From: a virus
Lineage: Duplodnaviria > Caudoviricetes
Virus record (IMG/VR): IMGVR_UViG_2667527597_000005
Coordinates: 3,117 to 67,116 of that record
Direction: 5' to 3' (one strand)
Length of the DNA stretch: 64,000 nucleotides
Position numbers and translations under genes: made by a program. Positions 19,683-29,095 of this stretch are shown in pieces; the stretch's first letter is position 1, and each line of letters begins with the position of its first letter. The notes under the pieces were generated by a model. The model made no database searches. It worked only from the letters and a program-made list of their open reading frames with translations, and was not told the DNA's origin.

Positions 19683-20327
19683 TCATTTGGCGGTAGCTAG
19701 CGCATTCTGAATAGCTTTGCTCAACTCACCCGGCATCAATGCCGCTGCCATAGCGCTGGCGCGGTCCATATATCCAAGCGTTGGTTTAACTGCCAGTGCA
19801 TCACCAAACTGAATCAGTAGCTTAGGCGCTCTCTGCTTTTGCCTGGCTCTATGCACCCCATTAGGCGAGCGCTTCTGACGCTTCTTAGCCTTTTTGCTCT
19901 TCTTGCCTTTCTTACGCTGGAAGAAACCGTTAACGCCGTTCACCTCCCCCACAAAGACATTTTCCTTAGCCTTGAGCTGTTGCGTTTTGTTACGGGCTAA
20001 GTTACCGAACTTATTCAGCTTTATGTTTTTAGGGTTGAGCAGCGCCTGACCATTGAGCTTGTGCTGACCGCCAAACTCGAACGGTTCGAGATAACTGGCA
20101 GCAATATCACGCACAAACACTTTGGCCTGCAATCGGTCTTTGCGGGCACCAAACGAACCAACAGAATTAACAGTGAAAGGGGTCGGATTATCCAGATTGC
20201 GCTGCATACCCACTTTTTGAGCGGAGGCAATCTGGCGTGCAACACTTGTTAGAGCCTGAGCAGCAGCAAAGGGAATCTGCTTTTTTATCGACTGCAACTG
20301 ATTGGATAAATCTTTAAGAGTTGCCAT
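19683..20327 (-). CDS. Basic phage protein upstream of terminase, function uncertain
   Basis: ORF with PTPFT motif, Lys-rich. Confidence 0.6.
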   Translation of the reverse strand: MATLKDLSNQLQSIKKQIPFAAAQALTSVARQIASAQKVGMQRNLDNPTPFTVNSVGSFGARKDRLQAKVFVRDIAASYLEPFEFGGQHKLNGQALLNPKNIKLNKFGNLARNKTQQLKAKENVFVGEVNGVNGFFQRKKGKKSKKAKKRQKRSPNGVHRARQKQRAPKLLIQFGDALAVKPTLGYMDRASAMAAALMPGELSKAIQNALATAK

Positions 20328-20411
20328 GATCTATCCCAAAATAGAAAAGCCATCGGCTTATAAGGCTAGTGGCTTAGATATAAAGAACCGCCCGGAGGCG
20401 GCTTGTGATGG

Positions 20412-20732
20412 TTACCTGACGCAGTATCTAATGCTGTACAACACACTTGGTCCGAAGCTCACTATCAGTGATGCGAGAATCCCGCAGATACTGGAAATGC
20501 GAACACCGGGAGCCGTTAAATAGTCAAACAAAGGAGTCCCGAAAATAACGGAGTACTGTAGAGCGGTGAAAGCAAGAATAAGTACCAAAAAAAGCAGCGC
20601 ACTTTTCAGCGTGAAGAATATCCATTCTCTTATCCCGAGTCCGATATACCCATTGCGCCTAAACGCCCCTTTGTAGTCCCTTATGAACTTTGCCATGCCT
20701 TGCAACCTTGAGCTTAAATCGTTCCTTATCAT
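20412..20732 (-). CDS. Small hypothetical membrane protein (moron)
   Basis: Two hydrophobic segments. Confidence 0.5.
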   Translation of the reverse strand: MIRNDLSSRLQGMAKFIRDYKGAFRRNGYIGLGIREWIFFTLKSALLFLVLILAFTALQYSVIFGTPLFDYLTAPGVRISSICGILASLIVSFGPSVLYSIRYCVR

Positions 20733-20797
20733 TGCATAGATTGTCTGTTATTGGGTATCTACTGAGAGCCGTTGTGAAAGTGGTTCTCAATCTGCAA

Positions 20798-21323
20798 TTA
20801 CGCTTTCCCTTCCATGATTGCCACCATGTCAGGATCAATGCTTTCTACGAGGCGTTCTCTTGCGGTAAGCAATAACCGCTTACGTCCACCTACCCCCCAT
20901 CCATTCATTTTTCTGGCACAGGAACTAATCTCTTTAACTTCAGAGTTGATGATCAGATCAAGGCGATTAAGTCGGTTCATCGCACCAAGGCCATTAATCA
21001 CTACGTCGCGGAAGGTGTTATAGACGCGAATTTCAAACTCAGGTTTTAGCCAGGCAGCATATCGAATCACTACTAACTCAAGGCGCCCATGTACCCTGTT
21101 TCAGTCCGCCCTTTATAACTTTGACCGATGCACTTTTTGTTGCATCGCTTAATGTGTGAACAAATCGCTTCACCTGTTTGCTCTTGAGAAATACCCCTGG
21201 ACGCTGTGATTCCGTTGCATCTCCATTTGCTACAGCGGCAGCATGTAGATCATTTAAGTTATATCGGCCGTATTCATCAACGCGGACGGATACCCCATTT
21301 ACTACGACGGTTGGATAAGTCAT
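20798..21323 (-). pseudogene. KilA-N domain protein split by a 1-nt frameshift
   Basis: YNLNDLH..GTWA in one frame, LELVVIRYAAWLKPEFE in the next; extra C near 21082. Confidence 0.8.
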
Positions 21324-21604
21324 ATCGGTAGTTACCTTATAGAAACGAGCCTCGTTGCCCAGAAACGCCAGCGCACAGAGACGGCTACCGGCCTAAACCA
21401 GCATTTCTCCGAGGCTTGTTTCTGTAAGACTCTATGCTTTGAAATGTGCCGGGCATGGCACGAGATATTGCAGGTATAAAAAAGGCCCAGTCGTTAAACT
21501 GAGCCTTCATGTTCTTTGTTCGCGGCTTCGCCACTAATAAAAACGCCACCGGCTTATAGGCCAGTGGCGCAGGAATCTATATATCTTAAGGTGTTAAATA
21601 CTGT

Positions 21605-22012
21605 TCACAGGGCTAAAATCGCCTCAATTTCTACATTTAGATCGGTTGAAAATAGTTGTGTAACCTGAACTAAAGAGCTTGCCGGAAGATGCTCCCCAAA
21701 ATTACGAAATAACACTATGCGCAACTGTTCTAAATCTTCCAGTGAAGTCACAAAAACTGTCACTTTAATTAATGAACTAAGTAAAGTTTTCTCTGCCAAG
21801 GCTATACGATGAAGCTGAGTAAAGATTTCCTCCGCTTGATCTGCAATACACTTCCCTTGAGATACGGTTCCAAAAGCAGTCAGACCAGAAATATAAAGAG
21901 TTTCGTTATGTTTTACTGCATGAACGTATGGCCCTTTCACTTGACCAAGTTCTGAATAATTCTTCCTGATTAGCCCATTCATTCTCATATCCTTTTTTTG
22001 CTTATTGGGCAT
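21605..22012 (-). CDS. RidA/YjgF family protein (moron)
   Basis: GPYVHAV, LYISG, PASS, VEIEA motifs. Confidence 0.85.
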   Translation of the reverse strand: MPNKQKKDMRMNGLIRKNYSELGQVKGPYVHAVKHNETLYISGLTAFGTVSQGKCIADQAEEIFTQLHRIALAEKTLLSSLIKVTVFVTSLEDLEQLRIVLFRNFGEHLPASSLVQVTQLFSTDLNVEIEAILAL

Positions 22013-22049
22013 TAATCAGACCACACATTTCAACTTAGACCAATAATCA

Positions 22050-22358
22050 TTAATTTTTCCTCCCCGCATTCTGCCGCCAACCAATAACCTCATCCAACCG
22101 CCCCTTGCAGATCCGCAGCTCACGTTTCAAAGCCAGTGCATACAGCCCACTATCACCCCACGTAGCACCGACGAACTCCGGCACCTCGCATTCAGTTAAT
22201 GCTGATTCTGGCGGTAGCAATACGGGACAATTAGCTGGTGGACGTGAAGCCGCCTTATTCGCGCAGGATGTTAATGCTAGCGTCAGACATGCGCTGAATA
22301 GCACAGTTATCATCTGACGACGCCGCCAGAAACCGCTTAAGCCGTTCGTCACTGTCAT
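22050..22358 (-). CDS. o-spanin (Rz1-like lipoprotein)
   Basis: Lipobox LTSC, Pro-rich, overlaps i-spanin. Confidence 0.8.
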   Translation of the reverse strand: MTVTNGLSGFWRRRQMITVLFSACLTLALTSCANKAASRPPANCPVLLPPESALTECEVPEFVGATWGDSGLYALALKRELRICKGRLDEVIGWRQNAGRKN

Positions 22359-22590
22359 TGCGTAGTTTCCTTTCTTTCTCTAGCTGGCGGGCCGTGGCTG
22401 TACGGTTGGCGGCGTCATTCACCTGGTATGCATCGATGATGTTGCCAAGGGCGGTGTTTGTGGATTGCTCTTCTCTCAGTGCTTCTTCCGCTTTTTCGAC
22501 TTCATTTGAGAGGCTATTTCTATTGAGAAGCAGCAACAGAAAAAGAACCACCAGCAAAGCGATAATCCCACCGGTTATTTTGTTAGGCAT
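22255..22590 (-). CDS. i-spanin (Rz-like)
   Basis: N-terminal TM then coiled coil, after endolysin. Confidence 0.8.
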   Translation of the reverse strand: MPNKITGGIIALLVVLFLLLLLNRNSLSNEVEKAEEALREEQSTNTALGNIIDAYQVNDAANRTATARQLEKERKLRNDSDERLKRFLAASSDDNCAIQRMSDASINILRE

Positions 22591-23081
22591 AGCGCTCGTT
22601 CCTTATCCCGGCGAACCACCAGCCCCGCTAATTTTTTACCATCGCCGTATACCCAGCGCGGGAACTGTTCACAGGCTGCCGTCACGTTGCCAGCACGGAA
22701 ATACTGGAACATGGTGGATTTCTGCATCGATGGGCAACCAGCGTTAAAGGTGATTGACGTAGCAGCATCAAAAGCACCTGGCGGTAATTTATTGCCGTTC
22801 GCATAGCGAATAACGCAGCGCTCAGCATCAATGATGTTTTTTTCCCAATCAGCCGCTATCTGTGCATCAGTCTTTCGGGTGCCAGGTATGACGCTGTGAG
22901 TGTTCCCCACACCATCTGTGATAATACCTGCGGGGCAAACATACGGATCACGGCGGCATGATTCGGCATTACCGATCAGCTCTAATCCCCGCTCACTGGT
23001 TCTGACGTTGCCATTGGATACAACGAGAGCAATTATTGCTGCCACAGAACACAAGCCACCGGCCTTACTTAGCTTGTTCAT
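22575..23081 (-). CDS. SAR endolysin (GH24 lysozyme, P1 Lyz type)
   Basis: SAR helix with Cys11; E40-x-C42..C49..T55; GLVVRR. Confidence 0.92.
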   Translation of the reverse strand: MNKLSKAGGLCSVAAIIALVVSNGNVRTSERGLELIGNAESCRRDPYVCPAGIITDGVGNTHSVIPGTRKTDAQIAADWEKNIIDAERCVIRYANGNKLPPGAFDAATSITFNAGCPSMQKSTMFQYFRAGNVTAACEQFPRWVYGDGKKLAGLVVRRDKERALCLTK

Positions 23082-23382
23082 ATAGTTCCTCGTTACGCTT
23101 TATCGCTTCTGCAACAATCTCCACGGCCGCTGAGCGATCCGCTATCGGTCGGGTAGTCGCATTGTTGAGGAACTCCCGCAGTATTTCTGTACGCTTCTGC
23201 TCTTCAATTAACCGCGCTTTCTCTTCACGCCGTTTGGCGTAATACGTTTTGATTGTGAAGAATGCCGAAACCACCGCACCCAGAATGAAGATGTAATCCT
23301 GCAGGGATAGTAATGAGAAAACGCCAAGCGCTAATGACCACCAATAAGGCAGGTTTTGAGAGGTAACTGGTTCCATTCGCAT
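23065..23382 (-). CDS. Holin
   Basis: Hydrophobic N-terminus, charged tail, upstream of lysozyme; Met-Arg-Met start. Confidence 0.8.
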   Translation of the reverse strand: MRMEPVTSQNLPYWWSLALGVFSLLSLQDYIFILGAVVSAFFTIKTYYAKRREEKARLIEEQKRTEILREFLNNATTRPIADRSAAVEIVAEAIKRNEELYEQAK

Positions 23383-23603
23383 AGTCTCCCCCTCCCGGCC
23401 TGCGGGTTGGGCGTGTGGTTAAGGAATTTAGCCCACCAGTGCAGCCACTCATCTGTTAATAGTGTGTGTGGAGTTGATTGGGTGACTGGTGGGCTAAAAC
23501 TGAAAAGGCCGCGCAATAGCGAAGCCTGAATATTATTGCGAGTTAACAGCATTCCTACTGATTATTCTCACCCAGCTTTCAACAAATAATAAATACTGAT
23601 AAG

Positions 23604-23864
23604 TTGATGGTTCTTCGTACAATAAAAGGAAGTTACATGAGCAATACTACCGCATCAATTGACCCTTCAACGATTACGGCATTAATGATGGCCCTTCCTA
23701 TATTAGCGTCCAGTCTAGATGATAAAACGCAAGCAAAAATAAGGGCCGAAGTAGAAGAGCGTGAATTTCAAATCTTAACAGCTATGGGCGAGCACCCTGC
23801 GGCTGAAATGATGAAACAAAATCTTAAATTAGTACGTACTCTGCTGGCGGTTCACGGCAAGTAG
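23604..23864 (+). CDS. Hypothetical protein, opposite strand to late operon
   Basis: AAGGA RBS before ATG 23637. Confidence 0.55.
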   Translation: MMVLRTIKGSYMSNTTASIDPSTITALMMALPILASSLDDKTQAKIRAEVEEREFQILTAMGEHPAAEMMKQNLKLVRTLLAVHGK

Positions 23865-23874
23865 TGAGTGATAG

Positions 23875-24159
23875 TTAATTAATCTGAGAGTGTTTTAGAG
23901 CAAAATGCTCAATTGCGCTCTCAGCAATAATTTTCTCGGCTGGTGTGGGTAGCTGAGCCTTGAACGATATAACTTGGTTTACTAAATTCAGGAAATCCCT
24001 ACAAGAAACTAATTCATTACCATCCGCATCTTTAAATCCATAGCGGTGAAATAGCTCAAGTACTTCATATTTAGTGGCATGCGTAAAATCCGTTGAATTT
24101 TCTACAAATCCGCTTTTCTTTAACATGTAATCACCATTGTAATTGATAAAAAGGCCCAC
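23875..24159 (-). CDS. Hypothetical protein
   Basis: ORF, AT-rich. Confidence 0.5.
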   Translation of the reverse strand: MGLFINYNGDYMLKKSGFVENSTDFTHATKYEVLELFHRYGFKDADGNELVSCRDFLNLVNQVISFKAQLPTPAEKIIAESAIEHFALKHSQIN

Positions 24160-24243
24160 CGAAGTGAGCCTTAAAACACGTACGTTAACGTTTTTATGCC
24201 GTTAACTGTAATTTGAAGCCGGTTGCGGTTCCGGCGTCAACAC

Positions 24244-24525
24244 CTACCAATGTGCTGACCGCATACCTTTCAACTTCTGATCTTCGAATTGCCCGCTTAG
24301 AGCGATGCTATCAGGCAGTAACGCCCAAGCAACATAGAAATCATGTGGGGTCAGTTCACTCATGAGCCAAGTATAAATGCCGATGTAGCCATCGGAGTCA
24401 CGCACATACCCAATATGGTAACCATCGCAGGGATTGAGCAGTAAAACTGTTTTACCGTCCATGTCAGGCGCTGGCTTCTCGTCCGCAGGATGGAATACCA
24501 AGCTATCAGTAACCAGTTTCGCCAT
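24244..24525 (-). CDS. Hypothetical phage protein
   Basis: GAGG RBS; first ORF after tR'-like terminator. Confidence 0.55.
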   Translation of the reverse strand: MAKLVTDSLVFHPADEKPAPDMDGKTVLLLNPCDGYHIGYVRDSDGYIGIYTWLMSELTPHDFYVAWALLPDSIALSGQFEDQKLKGMRSAHW

Positions 24526-24545
24526 TCTGAAACCTCATAAACGAC

Positions 24546-24640
24546 AAAACCCCGCCGAAGCGAAGTCTTTTTAATTGTGTAAGCTGCGTAACAAAGTAAC
24601 TATCCTTATCACACTACAGGCATTTTTGCGTACGCGTTAG
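24546..24640 (-). promoter_or_regulatory. Prophage late promoter pR'/Q-binding element and tR'-like hairpin
   Basis: TAACGCGTACGCAAAAA resembles the elements after tailocin Q; hairpin with U-run at 24546-24571. Confidence 0.6.
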
Positions 24641-24710
24641 GGAATATTGAAGTATTATCATTAAAAAAATTTCAGTTATAACGTAGGGTTTAAATGACAA
24701 GGAACTTCCT

Positions 24711-25739
24711 ATGACTGCTCAGGTTAACATTACCACCCATCACTTTATTGTTCATATTATGAACAAGATACAGCATGACAATGCAATCTTGGTCCCCAAT
24801 CCGAACGAAAAGCCCGTCCAAGCCGCATCAGATAAACTGACTGACGACCTAACGGAAAGGTATACCGGACGCGCAGGTAAAGGGTATGGAAAATTTGAGG
24901 ATGACAGAGATAGCTACCCTATGGGAAATATAGTTGATGACTATTTCATCACTAGAAGAACAAACTTTTACGACACCAGCATTCGAATGATAAATCACTT
25001 GAAAGCGAGAGCAGATGATGAACACCTATCTACAGGTGGTTATGTCATAATTGCGCATACTGAAGTTAATGGAAACCATTATTTAATGGTTGCTATCCTT
25101 ACTTCTGCTATGGGGTCTTCAGTTCAAGATTTTGATATCCAGTCAAGTGAGTATCTTGATATTGCAAAACTGCGAGTTGCCGGACGTATAGATCTCACTG
25201 GATGGCAAGGAGGCAAAGAGCGTTATATCAGTTTCCTCAAAGGCCAAAACACCATTGCAGGTTATTTCAAGAAGTTTTTAGGCTGTAATGATATTTTAGC
25301 CGCCAAGCAGGAAACAACAAAGCTAAGAGATGCTCTTCTTCAATTTGCTACTGAGAGAAACTTAGAACCTGAGGCACGAGAGGAGTTTCTGAATCGTGCG
25401 CATGATAAACTGAAACAACTGAATAAAAATGGCGATGAATTTGAAACTCAAACATTTGCTAATGAGTTATGGCCTGGCGAACCTGAATTATTAATTGAAA
25501 AGTTAACAAATGAAGATTTGCAGTTCTCTGATGGTTTTGTTCCAGATAGTGGTGTCATTCGCAGCCTGGTTAGTTTTAAAGGAAAATCAAAGCATTGGTC
25601 TTTAAAGTTTGAACGTGCAGCCCTACATGAGGGAAGCGTGATTTATGACCACGCGACTAATAAATTGATACTCACTGAAATTCCAGATACCCTAAAAGAT
25701 GAAATCTTGGCTGAACTAGGTGAAGAGGATGACGGCTAA
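24711..25739 (+). CDS. Nucleoid-associated protein NdpA/YejK (37-kDa NAP)-like
   Basis: GKGYGKF, TGGYV, AGRIDL, YISFLKG, YFKKFLGC, FVPD motifs recognised from this family. Confidence 0.8.
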   Translation: MTAQVNITTHHFIVHIMNKIQHDNAILVPNPNEKPVQAASDKLTDDLTERYTGRAGKGYGKFEDDRDSYPMGNIVDDYFITRRTNFYDTSIRMINHLKARADDEHLSTGGYVIIAHTEVNGNHYLMVAILTSAMGSSVQDFDIQSSEYLDIAKLRVAGRIDLTGWQGGKERYISFLKGQNTIAGYFKKFLGCNDILAAKQETTKLRDALLQFATERNLEPEAREEFLNRAHDKLKQLNKNGDEFETQTFANELWPGEPELLIEKLTNEDLQFSDGFVPDSGVIRSLVSFKGKSKHWSLKFERAALHEGSVIYDHATNKLILTEIPDTLKDEILAELGEEDDG

Positions 25740-26880
25740 TAATAGAAAATTTGATGATTTGGTGAATATATATATAAACACCACATTCACAACTAATTAT
25801 TCGGTGGGAGCTATTCATATTTCCACCGATGACCTTCGCCAGTGCATTCAAGATATTATTGATAATAGCGATGACTTTGGTATTACTTTAGAATCAGGAG
25901 CCATTGCGACTGGTGAAGACATAATCATACGTATTACCCATCCTAAAATGAGGATTGGGCAGTTACATAATACCTTTGATGATTACTTAAAAAATAGTAA
26001 AAATCGCATTAAGGAAGCAAGCTCTTATTATATCATTAATGATAAATTTTATAATAGAGATACTCCCCCCCCTTTGCATGTGCAAAAATATAGGGCAATA
26101 TTGCGGCTTATCGCACTATTCAGAGAATCATCAGCCTATTTAGATGAATCTAACTGTGAATTGGTTTTCGTCGATTCTAATGTTATTAAGATACCAGTTA
26201 ATTATACTACTGATGATTTAACACATTTGCAGTTAGATAAAGTTAAAAATTTTATTGCCTACTTTGCCGAAGATACTCATCGAGATCAAAAACTAACTAT
26301 TTTAGCTAATAGCATTAAATCTATGAGTGAAACAAAAACCAAAGATTCCTCATTCATATACCTTATTCAAGATTTTTCACAATTATGTGAAAGTTTCAAT
26401 AAAGGATATAAAATTTTTGTATCTGGTTTTTCATATGACAAAATTCTAGATCAGCTTAGAGTTGCTAAAATTGAAGAAATGGGGAAAATACATAAGGTTT
26501 TCAGTGATATTCAAAATCAGATCTTAGGTATACCTGTTGCGACAATTATAGTCGCCACACAAATGAAACAAGCGAATGGTTGGGACGCTCAAGCATTGAT
26601 TAATACCGCGATTGTCCTTGGTGCGCTATTCTTTACCGCAATGATACTATTCGTCATGTTTAATCAGTGGCAAACTCTTAATGCTATCTCTGATGAGTTG
26701 AATTATAAAAAAAATCAAGCAGAGACTAACTACAAATCAATCTATGATGATATTGAGTCAACATTCAAAAGTTTGACAACTCGCATTTATACCCAAAGAG
26801 TGGTCTTTATAGTATTGGGTATCTTTGTAATGGTTGGATTGTTGTTAACATTTAAGGTTTATTATTTCCTTACCCTTTAA
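25729..26880 (+). CDS. Hypothetical protein with C-terminal transmembrane helices
   Basis: Overlaps upstream stop; three hydrophobic segments in last ~120 aa. Confidence 0.8.
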   Translation: MTANNRKFDDLVNIYINTTFTTNYSVGAIHISTDDLRQCIQDIIDNSDDFGITLESGAIATGEDIIIRITHPKMRIGQLHNTFDDYLKNSKNRIKEASSYYIINDKFYNRDTPPPLHVQKYRAILRLIALFRESSAYLDESNCELVFVDSNVIKIPVNYTTDDLTHLQLDKVKNFIAYFAEDTHRDQKLTILANSIKSMSETKTKDSSFIYLIQDFSQLCESFNKGYKIFVSGFSYDKILDQLRVAKIEEMGKIHKVFSDIQNQILGIPVATIIVATQMKQANGWDAQALINTAIVLGALFFTAMILFVMFNQWQTLNAISDELNYKKNQAETNYKSIYDDIESTFKSLTTRIYTQRVVFIVLGIFVMVGLLLTFKVYYFLTL

Positions 26881-26959
26881 GCCTAATAGTATTATTTTTT
26901 TAGTGGTCGCATCGAGATGCCCGCAACCTAAACACTCCCGATGCGACTCAATAAAGAGA

Positions 26960-27325
26960 TTAGGTATCCATACCCATTTTCACATCCAACATTGATAGAC
27001 ACCCACCAATAAACCCCTCAGCTAACTGCATTTCTTTTCTGATAGTTCCATCCGAACACCTACGTTTACGTGCAATCGACCTGAGTGATACGTTGTACAG
27101 GTAGTGCAAAACCAGCAGCTCATACTCATCTGGCTTGAATTTATTAAGTCTTGCAACACAGCTATCAATGATAATTCCATCATCGTCACAGCATGAAAGC
27201 CTACTCGGTGACTTTGATGGCAATAAGCCTTTAAAACCAGCAGCAATATGAGAGTAATCTACCCCGCTGTTATCACTGGCAGCCCAGCCTCCCCAACGCT
27301 CTAATACTATAGAGATATCTCTCAT
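26960..27325 (-). CDS. Q: Late antiterminator Q
   Basis: MRDI..VLERWGGW..CCDDDG..AEGFI signature. Confidence 0.9.
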   Translation of the reverse strand: MRDISIVLERWGGWAASDNSGVDYSHIAAGFKGLLPSKSPSRLSCCDDDGIIIDSCVARLNKFKPDEYELLVLHYLYNVSLRSIARKRRCSDGTIRKEMQLAEGFIGGCLSMLDVKMGMDT

Positions 27326-27404
27326 GCTAATGTCTCCAAACTGCTGTAACCGGTCCGCATTCCGTTTACTGAATTCATAGTTTTACTCCACACAATTAAG
27401 ACCA

Positions 27405-28406
27405 TCAGGCCATTGCCCCGATCGAGATAGACCGGTCCATAAAATGAAACCAAAGCTCAATTTGGCTTCCATGCTCCGCTTCCCATACACGCATATCAGC
27501 ATGCAGTGCGTCATGACAGAGACGACATAAAGGTATTGTGAATAGGTCGTGAGCCTTGGTACCCATCCCGCCCTGTCCGTGACCGATGATGTGATGAGGG
27601 TCGTCAGCAGAACTACCACACCCGCAGCATTGCTGGGATTTAACCCACTTGAGCCACTTTTTGCTCTCCCAGCGCTGCCGCTTCGGAATGCGCATAAAAC
27701 TCGCTGGTGGCTCGTCATCAATTTTCAGGGCTAAAACTGGCTTGGCTTTCTCAACCTTCTTGGCCACTATCTCTTGCGGAGCTGGCAACCAGGTAATATC
27801 GCTTTCCTTTGTACCGCCAGTTTCGATCACTGCTGGTGGCATATGCAGAGAGGAACGAGCGATAGAATCAGGTAGCAGGTCATAAACCTCATTAACCACA
27901 GCCCACCAACACAGCTCAGGCAACGTCAGTTGATGGCCCTCGGGAAAGCGGAAATAGCCGCGCACAGTCTCAATTACCCAAGTAATCAGGTTACTGGTTG
28001 CCAACTGCTTTAATCGGGGGAGTGTTTGTTCTCTCAGCTTATTATCGTGATGCCAGCATAAGCAGATCCAACTTTGTCCATAGCGTAATGTTGTGAGATT
28101 ACTGACGTGGGTATCATCCGAAGCATGCCATTGGCACTCTTTCAGCCGTTCGACCCATGCCTCAAGCACTCGCGGGCCACCAGCCGCGCGGATAACCCTT
28201 TCATGTTCAAAGAATGGCAGCAGGCGTGGATCGTTAGCCAGTTGCTGATCGACAAAAGGCAACCTGCCGGCGGGAAGCGATTTAAACTCTTCCGGCTCAC
28301 TGGCCACCAGCAGCCGGCCAGACATGTAAGGCATCAGGTCCGGCCCCGGCTTTAAAAAGACGAGGCCAAGCTCACGCTGAATAAATGGAGTTAATAGCGC
28401 CCTCAT
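27405..28406 (-). CDS. DUF968/YdfU-family protein with C-terminal HNH-like module
   Basis: MRALLTP start; DDPHH..KAHDLFTIPLCRLCH. Confidence 0.85.
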   Translation of the reverse strand: MRALLTPFIQRELGLVFLKPGPDLMPYMSGRLLVASEPEEFKSLPAGRLPFVDQQLANDPRLLPFFEHERVIRAAGGPRVLEAWVERLKECQWHASDDTHVSNLTTLRYGQSWICLCWHHDNKLREQTLPRLKQLATSNLITWVIETVRGYFRFPEGHQLTLPELCWWAVVNEVYDLLPDSIARSSLHMPPAVIETGGTKESDITWLPAPQEIVAKKVEKAKPVLALKIDDEPPASFMRIPKRQRWESKKWLKWVKSQQCCGCGSSADDPHHIIGHGQGGMGTKAHDLFTIPLCRLCHDALHADMRVWEAEHGSQIELWFHFMDRSISIGAMA

Positions 28407-29095
28407 GCCGCATGACCTTTTTTAGCAAGGTACTCAGTCCACAACCCGCCAATCCACTTAACGCCTTTAGGTGTGAATCTAGCCTGGGTGAATGCGTGAT
28501 TATTAATGGTGTTAGTACCGGTCTTAACTTCAAAGCGTTCCAAGTCAATATGCTGCTGATACGGTGTTAGCCCGCCAGCCAGACGGTACATGATGCGATT
28601 CTCAATAAGGAATAGCCGGAAATCGGTTTCTTTGGCTTTCAGCAACTTGCATACGTTACGGAATACCATCGAACCAGTTGCCTGAACGTAGCGATCGACA
28701 AATTCTACTTTTGGTGCCGCGATGGAAAGCTGATTTTCAAGCTGTAGCTTTTCTTCCGCCAGATCAGCAGCAAGACGCAAAGCTTCGGGTAGCGTTTGAG
28801 GGATTTGGTTCTTATCTTCTAATTCCCGGAGACGACGAATGACCTTCATGCGGATTACAGCACTATAACCGGCGAGTAAGCACTCAACATGTTCACGGTC
28901 TAATAAGTATTCGATTTGGGTGCGATTCATACTGTCGAGATAGGTATGCGCAAATTTGCTCACATCTTCAGATAACTGGGCCACCATCACTTCAATGTCC
29001 CGCTTTACGTCAGAATGGCGCTTACCAGTCAAATCACCAACCTCACGGCTGCTCATAGTCACAACCGATGCGGTAACACCTACGTGAGTATTCAT
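28403..29095 (-). CDS. Rha/KilAC antirepressor
   Basis: TMSSRE..KRHSDVKRDI, PQTLPEALRLAA, APKVEF. Confidence 0.88.
   Translation of the reverse strand: MNTHVGVTASVVTMSSREVGDLTGKRHSDVKRDIEVMVAQLSEDVSKFAHTYLDSMNRTQIEYLLDREHVECLLAGYSAVIRMKVIRRLRELEDKNQIPQTLPEALRLAADLAEEKLQLENQLSIAAPKVEFVDRYVQATGSMVFRNVCKLLKAKETDFRLFLIENRIMYRLAGGLTPYQQHIDLERFEVKTGTNTINNHAFTQARFTPKGVKWIGGLWTEYLAKKGHAA

Noticed and set aside
24711-25739. Capture of the host yejK gene, which neighbours proL in E. coli
   Set aside because: AT-rich, mid-prophage and paired with an unrelated membrane gene rather than yejL/yejM; proximity probably coincidental
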